This document shows positions 29,447-39,162 of a DNA stretch of 64,000 nucleotides, in pieces. The position numbers and the translations under genes are program-made. Source of the stretch: Alphaproteobacteria bacterium (GTDB lineage: Bacteria > Pseudomonadota > Alphaproteobacteria > MPNO01). A model generated the notes under the pieces. It saw nothing but the letters and a program-made list of their open reading frames with translations, made no database searches and was not told the DNA's origin. The stretch spans positions 2,048,001-2,112,000 of the forward strand of contig CBDFLJ010000002.1 of the NCBI GenBank assembly GCA_965248835.1. The letters run 5' to 3'. How positions within the stretch are numbered: the stretch's first letter is position 1; every line of letters starts with the position of its first letter.

Positions 29447-30905
29447 GTCTTTGCTGATCAACGTCACGCCGGGCGAGATCCGGGCCGCGCTGGTCGAGGC
29501 CGGCCGGCCGGCCGAGCTGTTCATCGAGCGCGAGGCCCGTCGATCGGTGATCGGCAACATCTATCTCGGCCGGGTCGAACGCATCCTGCCGGGGATGGAT
29601 GCGGCCTTCGTCGATATCGGGCTGGACCGCGCCGGCTTCCTGGGTATCGACGGCGCGCGCCCCGCCGATGTCGACAGGCAGGACACCGGGCGGATCGCCG
29701 ACTATGTGCGCGAGGGCCAGGCCGTAAGGGTCCAGGTTTCCAAGGATGCGGCCGGCCGCAAGGGCGTTCAGCTCACCCGGCGCATCACCCTTGCCGGGCG
29801 CCACCTCGTCCACACCCCGCTGCATGGCCGGATTGCGATCTCGCGCCAGATCGAGGACGAGGACGAGCGCGAACGTCTGCGCTGCCTGGTCGCCGACGTC
29901 GCCCGGCCGGGCGAGGGCTTTATCGTCCGCACCGCCGCGGCCGGCCTCGGCGAGGGCGAACTGGCCCGCGACGCGGAATACCTGCGGCAGCTATGGCACG
30001 AGATCGAATTGCATCAGGCCCGCGCCAGCGCGCCGGCGCTTGTCCACGAGGACCTGAGCCCGCTGTTGCGGCTGTTTCGCGATCGGGTCGGCGAGACGAC
30101 CGGGGAGATACGCATCGATTCGCCGGGCGGCTTCGCCGCCGCGCGCGACTTCTGCAAGACCTTCATGCCCGCAATGGCCGAACGGCTGGTGTTGCATTCC
30201 GGCCCCCAGCCGATCTTCGAAGACGATGACGTCGAGGCCGAGATCGAGCGGGCGTTGGGCGCCCGGATCGATCTGCCCTCGGGCGGCGAAATCGTCATCG
30301 AGACGACCGAGGCGCTGACCGCCGTCGACGTCAACTCGGGCCGGTTCACCGGCGTCCACCGGCTCGAAGATACCGCCTGCACCACCAATCTCGAGGCCGC
30401 CGGCGAGATCGCGCGCCAGCTTCGGCTGCGCAATATCGGCGGCATGATCGTGATCGATTTCATCCACATGGCCGAGGAGGCGCACTGGCAAGCGGTGCTC
30501 GATGCGCTGGCCGCCGCGTTCGCGGGCGATCGCAACAACGTGCGGATCATGGGCCGGACCGGGGCCGGACTGGTCGAGCTTACCAGACAGCGCCGACGCG
30601 AATCCCTGGCACAGACCATGACCGAGGTCTGCCCGGGCTGCGACGGCCGGGGCCGCGTCGACTCCCCGGATACGGTTGCCTACCAGATCATGCGTGCGAT
30701 GAAACGGGAGGCGCGCTCGGCCCGGGCGGGCGCCCTTGTGGTGACGGCCTCGGGCGATACCATCGATTGCCTGGAGGCCGCCGGGGCCGGCACGCTGGAG
30801 ACGCTCGAAGCGAGCCTCGGCCGGCGCATCCGGTTCGACCGCGATCCCGTCTACGCACGCGGCGGCTTCGACATCGCCGTCGAGGATGTCGCTTTGCGGC
30901 GATGA
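29439..30905 (+). CDS. rng: Ribonuclease G (Rne/Rng family)
   Basis: [57 protein letters not shown]. Confidence 0.92.
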   Translation: MGESLLINVTPGEIRAALVEAGRPAELFIEREARRSVIGNIYLGRVERILPGMDAAFVDIGLDRAGFLGIDGARPADVDRQDTGRIADYVREGQAVRVQVSKDAAGRKGVQLTRRITLAGRHLVHTPLHGRIAISRQIEDEDERERLRCLVADVARPGEGFIVRTAAAGLGEGELARDAEYLRQLWHEIELHQARASAPALVHEDLSPLLRLFRDRVGETTGEIRIDSPGGFAAARDFCKTFMPAMAERLVLHSGPQPIFEDDDVEAEIERALGARIDLPSGGEIVIETTEALTAVDVNSGRFTGVHRLEDTACTTNLEAAGEIARQLRLRNIGGMIVIDFIHMAEEAHWQAVLDALAAAFAGDRNNVRIMGRTGAGLVELTRQRRRESLAQTMTEVCPGCDGRGRVDSPDTVAYQIMRAMKREARSARAGALVVTASGDTIDCLEAAGAGTLETLEASLGRRIRFDRDPVYARGGFDIAVEDVALRR

Positions 30906-30915
30906 CGGGGCCGGG

Positions 30916-31101
30916 ATGATGCCGGACGCGACGAACACGCCGCGCTGTCCGATCTGCGGGCAGCCGCGCAAGGCTCTGCACCGGCCGTTCTGTTCGCGCC
31001 GATGCCGGGAGATCGACCTCGGCCGCTGGTTCTCCGGCTCCTATGCGGTCCCGACGGTCGAACCGCCCGACGACGTCGACGGCTTCGCGAAGGAAGACTG
31101 A
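30916..31101 (+). CDS. yacG: DNA gyrase inhibitor YacG
   Basis: CPICG...[15 protein letters not shown]. Confidence 0.92.
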   Translation: MMPDATNTPRCPICGQPRKALHRPFCSRRCREIDLGRWFSGSYAVPTVEPPDDVDGFAKED

Positions 31102-31175
31102 ACGATCGCCGGCCGGGCCGTATGACGGCCTGTCTGGACAGTGCCGGCCGGTCTCCTCTATAAGCAACGGCTCGC

Positions 31176-31251
31176 GCCCAGGTAGCTCAGTCGGTAGAGC
31201 ACATGACTGAAAATCATGGTGTCGGTGGTTCGATTCCACCCCTGGGCACCA
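31176..31251 (+). tRNA. tRNA-Phe (GAA)
   Basis: GCCCAGG acceptor pairs with CCTGGGC; anticodon arm CATGA-CTGAAAA-TCATG; GGTTCGATTCC T-loop; encoded CCA. Confidence 0.97.
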
Positions 31252-31276
31252 TTTTTTCCCAAAATATTTCAAGGGA

Positions 31277-31565
31277 CTATGACAAAAACCGATCAAGGAA
31301 AAAACCTGACTTAGACACTTTCGTTCTCGATTCGAGCTTCACGATCGCCGATTCCGCGAGCCTCGCTTGGTCCGCCTGGCGCGTGTAGGGCCGGCCGTCG
31401 CGGCGGTGGACGATGAACAGATGATCGCGCGGGGCGTCCTCCAGAACGGACGCTAGGCGCTCGTGGATCGGGACCGCCAGACGCTCTCCGGTCTTGTTTT
31501 GCTTGGCCGAGACCCGCCCATCGACGGCGTGTCGCCATTGCATCGCCAAAACGTCGCTTTGCCTC
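31277..31565 (-). pseudogene. Tyrosine recombinase (phage integrase) remnant
   Basis: RQSDVLAMQW...KQNKTGERLAVPIH...RPYTRQADQARLAESA: the R-x-S-D box, the K motif and the C-terminal YT remain; N-terminus and HxxR/GH segment are missing. Confidence 0.65.
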
Positions 31566-31771
31566 TACAACACGCAGATCGGTGGGGCGCCGCATCGGGT
31601 GGCCAGGACACCGCCGCCCGCCCAACCGGCCCGCCAAACACCGGCTGTCATGACCACACACTTGCAGAAAACTATGGACATAACTCTGACGTCGACAAGG
31701 ATGGGGTAAGTGTACTAAGGTGGACACGGTAGGATGGAACATTCCACCCTCGACCGGCGAAAGGACGCCCA

Positions 31772-32161
31772 ATGAAAACGCCTTCTTTCTTGTCTCCTTA
31801 TGTTGATGGAAATTCTCCGACAAGGCTATTCCAGGGCTTAGTGGTGGGTGTAGTTGGCACCCTGATCATCGGCTTCACTTGGGGCGGATGGCTTATCGGT
31901 AGCACAGTTGACCAAATGGTGGAAACAGCGAGCCGGACGGCTACGGTCGAGGCTTTGGCACCCATCTGCGCTGACAAGTTTGAGCGGGCAGCTAGTGCCG
32001 ATGGCGACTTGATCACGAAACTAGCAGCGGTCGATTCCTGGCGGCGGGACGGCTATCTAATGAAAGCCGGGTGGGTAACGTTCCCGGGAGGAGCAAAGCC
32101 AAACGACAATGTGGCGGATGCGTGCGCCAAATTGCTCACCAAGGCCCTCGAACTCAAGTAG
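31772..32161 (+). CDS. Small membrane-anchored conserved hypothetical protein (islet cargo)
   Basis: TM segment ending IGFTWGGW; ALAPICADKF; GWVTFPG; ADACA; RBS AAGGA; followed by a terminator. Confidence 0.75.
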   Translation: MKTPSFLSPYVDGNSPTRLFQGLVVGVVGTLIIGFTWGGWLIGSTVDQMVETASRTATVEALAPICADKFERAASADGDLITKLAAVDSWRRDGYLMKAGWVTFPGGAKPNDNVADACAKLLTKALELK

Positions 32162-32201
32162 GCCGACTCAAGCAGGCCGATTGCGGCCTGCCTTCGACAG
32201 G

Positions 32202-32235
32202 AATCGCCCCCGTCTGCCATGGGGGCGGTTTTTTT
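32202..32235 (+). terminator. Rho-independent terminator
   Basis: AATCGCCCCCGT-CTGCC-ATGGGGGCGGTT followed by a T-run. Confidence 0.8.
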
Positions 32236-32258
32236 CGTCAAACGGTTTCCAACGTCGT

Positions 32259-32600
32259 CTAGCAGGCGGAGCGTTGAGGTGATGGGTCGACCAGCGCGCC
32301 GGAGCGCAAGACCTCATCAACGAGCCCCTTGGTCTGCCCGGTATCTTCGAGACAGCAATCGACGACCTGTCCGCGCTGGCCGCTCTGCCACTGGACCGGG
32401 GCGAGTGCGCCGTGCCCCGTCTTGCCGGTGAGCCCGTTGGCCTTGGCAGTCGCATCGAGCCCGAATCCGGCGTGCGACGGGTGCTCGAACTTCGGGCCGA
32501 GCCCGACCGAGTTCCAGAGTTCAACCGGCAGGTCGTAACTCCTTGATTTCTGGTCGTGCAAAACCAATTCGTTCCTGTCTAAGCGCCATAGCCACGCTTG
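32259..32600 (-). pseudogene. Possible fragment of a phage-type RNase H-fold 3'-5' exonuclease
   Basis: SYDL...FGLDATAKANGLTGKTGHGALAPVQWQSGQRGQVVDCCLEDT resembles the C-terminal half ending in the exoIII YCxxD motif (here C for Y); N-terminus absent. Confidence 0.4.
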
Positions 32601-32612
32601 AGAAGTTCGTGC

Positions 32613-32657
32613 CTGAAAATCATGGTGTCGGCGGTTCGATTCCACCCCTGGGCACCA
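32613..32657 (+). repeat. attR: duplicated 3' 45 nt of tRNA-Phe
   Basis: CTGAAAATCATGGTGTCGGCGGTTCGATTCCACCCCTGGGCACCA, one mismatch to 31207-31251. Confidence 0.95.
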
Positions 32658-32722
32658 CCCCCCTATCGCGGTAGCCGGCCGGCGGCGTTTCTCGATGACC
32701 GGCGAAGGGATCGTTTGAGGCG

Positions 32723-33973
32723 ATGGCGGCGAGACCGCACGGGTTGATCATCGGCGGCTCGGTCGGGGGCCTGATAGCAGGCAGCCTGCTGCGCGCGGTC
32801 GGCTGGGACGTGACGGTGTTCGAGCGCACGGTGGGCGATCTCGCCGGGCGGGGCGCGGGGCTCGGGATCTCGGCGGAGCTTCTTGCCGTCATGAAGCGCA
32901 TCGGTGCGCCTTTCGAGCCTTCGGCCGGGGTGGCGCACAACGCCTATGTCTGGCTAGACGGCGCCGGCGGCATCGTCTTCGAGCACCGCAGACCAACCGT
33001 GGGCAGCACCTGGACACGGGTCTACCAGCCGCTGCGCGACATCTTGCCGGCACACTGCTACCGCCAGGGCATGAACCTCGAGCGTGTCGAGCAGAAACCG
33101 GGATCGGTCACCGCGCTGTTCGCCGACGGAACCCGCATCGCGGGCGACCTGCTGGTCGCCGCCGATGGGGTGTTCTCGACCGTGCGCGCCCAATTCATGC
33201 CCGATGTCGCGCCGCGCTATGCCGGCTACGTCGCCTGGCGCGGCATCGTCGAGGAGCGTGATGTCCCCGACGCCACGCGCGAGATCATCGCCGACCACAT
33301 CGTGCTCTGCTTCCCCGAGGGCGAGATGCTGCTGGCCATGGCGGTGCCCGGTGCCGGCGAGGACATGCGCCCCGGGCATCGGCGGATTTATTTCATCTGG
33401 TACCGGCCGGTTGCCGAAAATGCCCTGGCCGATATGTTCACCGATCGGACTGGCAAGAACCACGGCATATCGATCCCGCCGCCGTTGATCCGCGATGCGT
33501 TCGTACACGAGATGAAGGCGCGCGCGGGCGCGGTCCTGCCGCCGACAGTCGCCGACATCGTCGAGCGGGTGGCGCAGCCCCTGTTGCAGGCGATCACCGA
33601 CATGGAATCGACGCGGCTATCGTTCGGCCGGGTGGCGATCATCGGCGATGCGGCGTTCGTTGCCCGGCCGCATACCGCCGGAGGCGTCTCGAAGGCGGCC
33701 CTGGATGCGCAATGCCTTGCGGATTCGCTTGCCGGGGCGCCAGGCGACGTTGCCGCCGCACTGGCGCGATACGAGGAGGCCCAACTCGATTTCGGCAGCC
33801 GCCTGGTTGCGCATTCGCGCTATCTCGGCGCCTCGCTCGAAGGAAGGGCGCAGGCGCCCGTCCGCGACGAACGGCGCATCATCCGCGACTACGGCGCCCC
33901 CGGTATGCTGCACGATGTCGATGTCGCCGCATTCCGGCCCGGCGCCGATCCGGTGACGCCGGCCGGACCGTGA
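32723..33973 (+). CDS. FAD-dependent monooxygenase (2,6-dihydroxypyridine 3-monooxygenase-like)
   Basis: GGSVGGL, RGAG, AADG, YAGYVAWRG, GDAAFVARPHTAGGVSKA. Confidence 0.85.
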   Translation: MAARPHGLIIGGSVGGLIAGSLLRAVGWDVTVFERTVGDLAGRGAGLGISAELLAVMKRIGAPFEPSAGVAHNAYVWLDGAGGIVFEHRRPTVGSTWTRVYQPLRDILPAHCYRQGMNLERVEQKPGSVTALFADGTRIAGDLLVAADGVFSTVRAQFMPDVAPRYAGYVAWRGIVEERDVPDATREIIADHIVLCFPEGEMLLAMAVPGAGEDMRPGHRRIYFIWYRPVAENALADMFTDRTGKNHGISIPPPLIRDAFVHEMKARAGAVLPPTVADIVERVAQPLLQAITDMESTRLSFGRVAIIGDAAFVARPHTAGGVSKAALDAQCLADSLAGAPGDVAAALARYEEAQLDFGSRLVAHSRYLGASLEGRAQAPVRDERRIIRDYGAPGMLHDVDVAAFRPGADPVTPAGP

Positions 33974-34080
33974 GACCTGCCGCGACGGCGTGGTGCTGCG
34001 GCGCGATCGGGCCCATACTGTATCCGTTTGAACAGTGAAACGTCACCGGTCGAGAGCCGACCGAAGGGGGAGTCGAAGCC

Positions 34081-34518
34081 ATGGCAACCACCCGAACGCG
34101 CATCCCGGCGCTTACGTTCACCGGATCCGTTCACGAAGGCATCCCCGTCGCCACCAGAAACCTCGATGCCTGTATCACCTTCTACACCGAGGTGCTGGGA
34201 CTGAAGCTGCTGCCGCGGCCAAAGGCGCTGGACGACTTGGGTCCCGGCGCGTGGCTCGGCGATGAGAACGACACCGTCCAGTTCCACCTCATCGCCAATG
34301 ACGGCGCGCTCAAGCCGTCGGAGGATGCAAAGGTCGAGCCGGCGGGCCGGCACACCGCCTGGCGCATCGCCGATGTCGAGGCCTTCCGCGACCGGATGCG
34401 GGCGCTCGACGTGCCGTTCCAGGAGATCTCGGGCCTGATCGGCGATCCCCAGCTCTTCGTCACCGATCCCCAGGGCCATACCTGGGAGTTCCAGGGACCG
34501 CCCGGCTCGGGCGCGTGA
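34081..34518 (+). CDS. VOC/glyoxalase family protein
   Basis: FYTEVLGL, GAWL, HLI, RHTAW, FVTDPQGHTWE. Confidence 0.85.
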   Translation: MATTRTRIPALTFTGSVHEGIPVATRNLDACITFYTEVLGLKLLPRPKALDDLGPGAWLGDENDTVQFHLIANDGALKPSEDAKVEPAGRHTAWRIADVEAFRDRMRALDVPFQEISGLIGDPQLFVTDPQGHTWEFQGPPGSGA

Positions 34519-34637
34519 AGACCGGCCGCAGGCCGGCACAGGGTGAAACCTCAAGCGACGATCCGCGGCTCGACGCCGGTCCCGGGACCGTCACGCCGTC
34601 GGGGACCGGATTGCCAAACAGCGACAGGAGGCTCTCG

Positions 34638-35714
34638 ATGGACTCTGTTTCACGAATAACCGGGTTTTGCGTCCTCGGCACCGTTGCGCTTGCGGCGATG
34701 GCCACCGTTGGACAGGCCAAGACGATAAAGCTGACCGTGGTCGGCGCCCCGCCGCCGATCGTCACCCCGGTCCAGGTCACCAAGACCTATTTCGTCCCCG
34801 AGGTCGACAAGCGGCTCGCGGCATCGGGCAAGGATTTCAAGATCGAGTGGACCCAGGCCTATTCCTTCACGCTGGCGGGCTTTCACGAGGTGCTGGAGGC
34901 GGTCGAGGAAGGCATTGCCGACGTCGGCGTCCAGATCCACGTCTTCGAGGAATCCAAGCTGCCGCTGGAGAACATCTCGACCTACGTCCCGTTCGGCACC
35001 GCCGATATCCACGCGCTCACCCGGATCATGCGCGATGTGCGCAAGACCGTGCCGGAGATGGACGACACCTGGACCAATCTCAACCAGGTCTATCTGGGGA
35101 CCGGCGTCAACGACACGATCCACATGATGACCAAATTTCCGGTCAGACGTTACGAGGACCTCAAGGGCCACAAGCTCGGCGCGAGCGGAACAATGGGCAA
35201 CTATCTGCTCAACACCGGGGCGGTGGTCGTCAGCTCCAGCATGAACCAGGCCTATCTCCACATAAAGAACGGCCTTTATGACGGATACCCGATCTCCTGG
35301 GGTCTCGGTTTCGCCTACAAGGTCTACCAATCGGCGCCCTATCTGACCAAGGTCAACATCGGCGCCATCGCCGCGACCGGCCTCAGCGTCAACACCGATA
35401 GCTGGAAGAAGCTTCCGGGCTGGGTGCAGACCATCTTCCGCGAAGTCGCGGTCAGCTGGCAGGACCGCCACGCGTCGGTCAGCCTGGGCAAATCGAAGAA
35501 GTTCGAATCCATCATGGTCAAGGCCGGCGCCAAGGTCTCCGAGTTCCCGATGGAAGAGCGCCGCCGGTGGGCCCACGCGCTGCCCAACGTCGCCAAGCAA
35601 TGGGCGGACAGGCTGGAGAAGAAGGGCCTGCCGGCACGCCGCGTGCTCGCGGCCTACATGGGGGGCCTGCGCGCGGTCAAGGCGGAGATCGTCCGCGACT
35701 GGGACAAGGAATAG
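34638..35714 (+). CDS. TRAP transporter substrate-binding protein (DctP family)
   Basis: Signal peptide; VLEAVEEGIADVG; FEESKLPL; DLKGHKLG; NTDSWKKLP; AGGAGG RBS. Confidence 0.88.
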   Translation: MDSVSRITGFCVLGTVALAAMATVGQAKTIKLTVVGAPPPIVTPVQVTKTYFVPEVDKRLAASGKDFKIEWTQAYSFTLAGFHEVLEAVEEGIADVGVQIHVFEESKLPLENISTYVPFGTADIHALTRIMRDVRKTVPEMDDTWTNLNQVYLGTGVNDTIHMMTKFPVRRYEDLKGHKLGASGTMGNYLLNTGAVVVSSSMNQAYLHIKNGLYDGYPISWGLGFAYKVYQSAPYLTKVNIGAIAATGLSVNTDSWKKLPGWVQTIFREVAVSWQDRHASVSLGKSKKFESIMVKAGAKVSEFPMEERRRWAHALPNVAKQWADRLEKKGLPARRVLAAYMGGLRAVKAEIVRDWDKE

Positions 35715-35828
35715 CGGCGGGCCGGACCGCACCGTTCGTCGCTGCTCGCGGCGCGGGTGGAGGCGGATTCCGGGGCACGCCTCCACCCGTAGCCGGGTAA
35801 GAGGGCGCCTCGAAGGAGACCTTTGGAC

Positions 35829-37799
35829 ATGGCGGACACGCCTGCGAGCGGTCACCCGCCGGCTCGAACGGCCGGGCGGCGCCGGCTTGACCCGACCGCG
35901 ATCGTCGATGCGGCGATCTCCGGCCTGAACGCGGTCGGCACGCTGTGGATCTTCGTGATCATGGTGGCGATCAACACCGACGTGTTCAGCCGCTATCTGT
36001 TCAACGCGCCGGTAAGCGGCGTGCCTCTGGTCATCGAGCTGTCAATCGTCGCCATCGTGTTCGTCCAGCTTGCGGCCGCGTTGCGCGGCGGCCGGATGAC
36101 ACGCTCGGACATCCTGATCGGACGCTTGCTCGCTGCCCGGCCGATGGCAGGGCATACGTTGCAGGCCATCTACCACCTCGCCGGCGCGGTGCTGATGGCC
36201 GGGATCTTCAACTATGTGCTGCCGGTCCTGGAAAAGACCTGGAAGCGCGACACCTATGCCGGCCTCGAAGGCGACGTCACGATCCAGGTGTGGCCGTTCA
36301 AGCTCCTGGTCGTCATGGGCGCCGGGTTCTGCGCGGTTCAGTTCTTGCGGGCATTTTGGGCCGATCTCCGGTTCCTCGCCGAACAGCGCCGGGCGGGCAA
36401 CAAAGACCTGCGCGGCCCGCTGGTCGGGATCGCTGCGTCGGCGGCGGTGGGCGCGGTCTTTCTGGCGATAGGCCTGGCGTTGGATTTGACGTCGGTGCAG
36501 GTCGCGCTGATCTCGGTGCTGTTCGTCCTGTTCCTGGTCTATGTCGGCGTGCATGTCGGGGTCGCGCTGTCGCTGTTGTCCTTCGTGTGCGTGTGGATCA
36601 TGCGCGACAACTTCACGATCGCCGGCAAGCTGCTGGCGTTGGCCGCCGCGGAAGGGCTGCAGCGCTACGAATTCGGCGTCATCCCGCTGTTCGTGCTCAT
36701 GGGGCTACTGGTGAGCGTATCGGACATCGGCAAGGATACCTACGACGTCGCCAACCACCTGTTCCGTCGGGTCAGGGCGGGGCTCGGGACCGCGACGGTT
36801 GGCGCGAACGCGGTTTTCGCCGCGGTCACCGGGACCTCGATCGCCTCGGCCTCGGTGTTCACCAAGGTCGCGGTGCCGGAGATGCTGCGGCTCGGCTATC
36901 GGCCCCGCTTCGCGGTCGGCGTGGTCGCCGGCTCCTCGGTCCTCGGCATGCTGATCCCGCCGAGCCTGCTGCTCATCCTGTTCGGCATCCTCGCGGAGAC
37001 CTCGATCGGGGATCTGTTCATCGCCGGCATCGTCCCCGGCATCCTTTTATCGGTCGCTTATTGCGTGCTGATCTGGTTCCTCGCGCACCGTTTTCCCGAC
37101 CGCGTCGCATCGCGCGAAGCGTTGGAGCGCAAGCCCCGATCCGGCCTGTCAACCGGCGCGCTGTGGATCAAGGTCTTACCCATCATCATCCTGATCGTGA
37201 TCGTGCTCGGCGGCATCTATGGCGGCGTGTTCACCGCGACCGAAGCGGGCGGCGTCGGCGCGCTGGGCGCCCTGATCCTGACCGTCATCAAGCGCAAGCT
37301 GAGCTGGCGCACGTTATGGCAGGCGCTCTCGGAGACCGGGCACGTGACGGCGGCGATCTGCTTCCTGCTGGTCGCAGCCCAGCTCTATTCCCGGATGATC
37401 GCGATGTCCGGGCTCCCGAACGTGATGGAGCACTACATCGTCGCATCGGGGCTCGGCTACGCCAGCCTGATCGCGATCTATATCGTCGCGATCATCCTGC
37501 TGGGCACCATCCTCGACGCCGGCTCGATCATGCTGATCACAGTACCGCTCGCGGTCCCCGCGCTGGCCTCATTCAACATAGACCTCGTCTGGTTCGGAAT
37601 CGTGACCATCATCGCTGTCGAGATCGGGCTGCTCACCCCGCCGCTCGGGCTTGCGTGCTTCGTGATCCACAACAACCTGCAGGACGACCGGATCAAGATC
37701 GAGGACATCTTCTGGGGCGCCGCCCCGTTCGCGCTCACCATGCTGGTCGTGCTGATCCTGGTCACCCTTTTCCCCGAGATCGCGCTCACGCTGGTCTGA
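35829..37799 (+). CDS. Fused TRAP small+large permease (DctQM)
   Basis: N-terminal DctQ (DVFSRYLFNAPVSG) plus DctM (IPLFVLMG, LGMLIPPS, FTATEAG, LLTPPLG). Confidence 0.9.
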   Translation: MADTPASGHPPARTAGRRRLDPTAIVDAAISGLNAVGTLWIFVIMVAINTDVFSRYLFNAPVSGVPLVIELSIVAIVFVQLAAALRGGRMTRSDILIGRLLAARPMAGHTLQAIYHLAGAVLMAGIFNYVLPVLEKTWKRDTYAGLEGDVTIQVWPFKLLVVMGAGFCAVQFLRAFWADLRFLAEQRRAGNKDLRGPLVGIAASAAVGAVFLAIGLALDLTSVQVALISVLFVLFLVYVGVHVGVALSLLSFVCVWIMRDNFTIAGKLLALAAAEGLQRYEFGVIPLFVLMGLLVSVSDIGKDTYDVANHLFRRVRAGLGTATVGANAVFAAVTGTSIASASVFTKVAVPEMLRLGYRPRFAVGVVAGSSVLGMLIPPSLLLILFGILAETSIGDLFIAGIVPGILLSVAYCVLIWFLAHRFPDRVASREALERKPRSGLSTGALWIKVLPIIILIVIVLGGIYGGVFTATEAGGVGALGALILTVIKRKLSWRTLWQALSETGHVTAAICFLLVAAQLYSRMIAMSGLPNVMEHYIVASGLGYASLIAIYIVAIILLGTILDAGSIMLITVPLAVPALASFNIDLVWFGIVTIIAVEIGLLTPPLGLACFVIHNNLQDDRIKIEDIFWGAAPFALTMLVVLILVTLFPEIALTLV

Positions 37800-37923
37800 A
37801 GCGGCAATCTCCGGGAAACCGGCCAGTTGCGCGGGGTCGTGGACGGCAGCCGCTGTTCGCCGGCGGTCATGGGTGTCCCAAGTTCCAGCCGGCCACCACG
37901 TTCGTCACCGTGCTCAACGGCGG

Positions 37924-39162
37924 CTACGTCCCGAATGCGGCGACGCGGGCGGTCGGGCGGTCGTCCATGAAGATCTGGGCGATGCCGGCGGTGATGCCGA
38001 TGGCGACACCGATCTGCCAGGCGAGGTCGTAGGAACCGGTCGCATCGACGATCAGGCCGGCGCCCCAGGCGCCGAGGAACGATCCGAGCTGGTGACTGAG
38101 AAACGCGATCCCGGCGAGCGTTGCGACATAACCGAGCCCGAAGATGCGCACGACCAGCCCGTTGACCAGAGGAGCGACGCCGAGCCACAGGATGCCCATG
38201 ACCGCAGCGAAGATCAAAGTGGTCGCGGTCGAGGGCGGGATCATGAAATACACCACGATCGTCAGAGACCGCAGGATGTAGACGGACCCGAGCAGGATGT
38301 GCTTGGGGAACCTGTCGCCGAGCCAGCCCAGGATGTAGCAGCCGAGGGCGTTGAACCCGCCGATCACCGCCAGCGCCGTGGCGCCGAGCGCCGGCGGCTG
38401 GCCGCAGAGCGCGAGATAGGCGGGCAGATGGATGGCGATAAAGACAAGCTGCAGCCCGCAGACGAAGAACGCCACCGCCATGACGATATAGCCCCGGTGG
38501 CCAGCGGCTTCGGCGAGCACCGCCTTGAACGACATCGGCGTCCCGCCGGCCGCCCCCATGTCGAGGGCTTCCCTGTTCACACTGTCACCCGCGCCGGCGA
38601 AGAACGCCGCCGGCAGCATCACCGTGCACAGCCCGATGAATCCGACCATCGCGACCTGCCAGCCCGCACCGTCGATCAGCCCGTGGGCCAGGGGTGCGCA
38701 GATGAACGTCCCGATCGAGCCCACGGCGGCGACCGCGCCCAGGATCGTCGACTGCTTGAGCGGGGAGACCGCCCGCGCCGTCGCGGCGAGCCCGATGTTG
38801 AGCGCGGTGCACGACAGCGCCATACCGACCATCACGCCGAGCCCGATCACCAGTTCGATCGGCTCGGTCGCGTAAATCGTCGCCGCCAGCCCCGCCGCGT
38901 AGAGCAGCGTACCGAGCAACGTCACCACCCGGCAGCCGAAACGGTCGGCGATGCCGCCGATGAACGGCTGGCTGATCCCCCAGACCAGGTTCTGGACCGC
39001 AAGCGCGAGCGTGAAGTCCGCGACGGTGATGCCGATGTCCTGGGTGACCGGGGTGACGAACAGACCGAAGCTTTGGCGCATCCCCATGCTGAGCGTCAGC
39101 ATCGCGCCGGCCCCTGCAAGCACCGTGAGGGTCTGCGGGCGGGTATAGCCGGCCCTGTTCAT
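37924..39162 (-). CDS. MFS transporter
   Basis: GMRQSFGLF, GGIADRFG, FFVCGLQL, SHQLGSFLG. Confidence 0.92.
   Translation of the reverse strand: MNRAGYTRPQTLTVLAGAGAMLTLSMGMRQSFGLFVTPVTQDIGITVADFTLALAVQNLVWGISQPFIGGIADRFGCRVVTLLGTLLYAAGLAATIYATEPIELVIGLGVMVGMALSCTALNIGLAATARAVSPLKQSTILGAVAAVGSIGTFICAPLAHGLIDGAGWQVAMVGFIGLCTVMLPAAFFAGAGDSVNREALDMGAAGGTPMSFKAVLAEAAGHRGYIVMAVAFFVCGLQLVFIAIHLPAYLALCGQPPALGATALAVIGGFNALGCYILGWLGDRFPKHILLGSVYILRSLTIVVYFMIPPSTATTLIFAAVMGILWLGVAPLVNGLVVRIFGLGYVATLAGIAFLSHQLGSFLGAWGAGLIVDATGSYDLAWQIGVAIGITAGIAQIFMDDRPTARVAAFGT

Larger units (their letters stand above)
31207..32657. mobile_element. Decayed integrative element (islet) inserted at tRNA-Phe, bounded by 45-bp att repeats
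   Basis: Direct repeats 31207-31251 and 32613-32657; lower GC; integrase remnant inside. Confidence 0.85.

Noticed and set aside
32613-32657. Second tRNA-Phe gene
   Set aside because: Only the 3' 45 nt are present, with no acceptor 5' strand or D arm; it is an att repeat.
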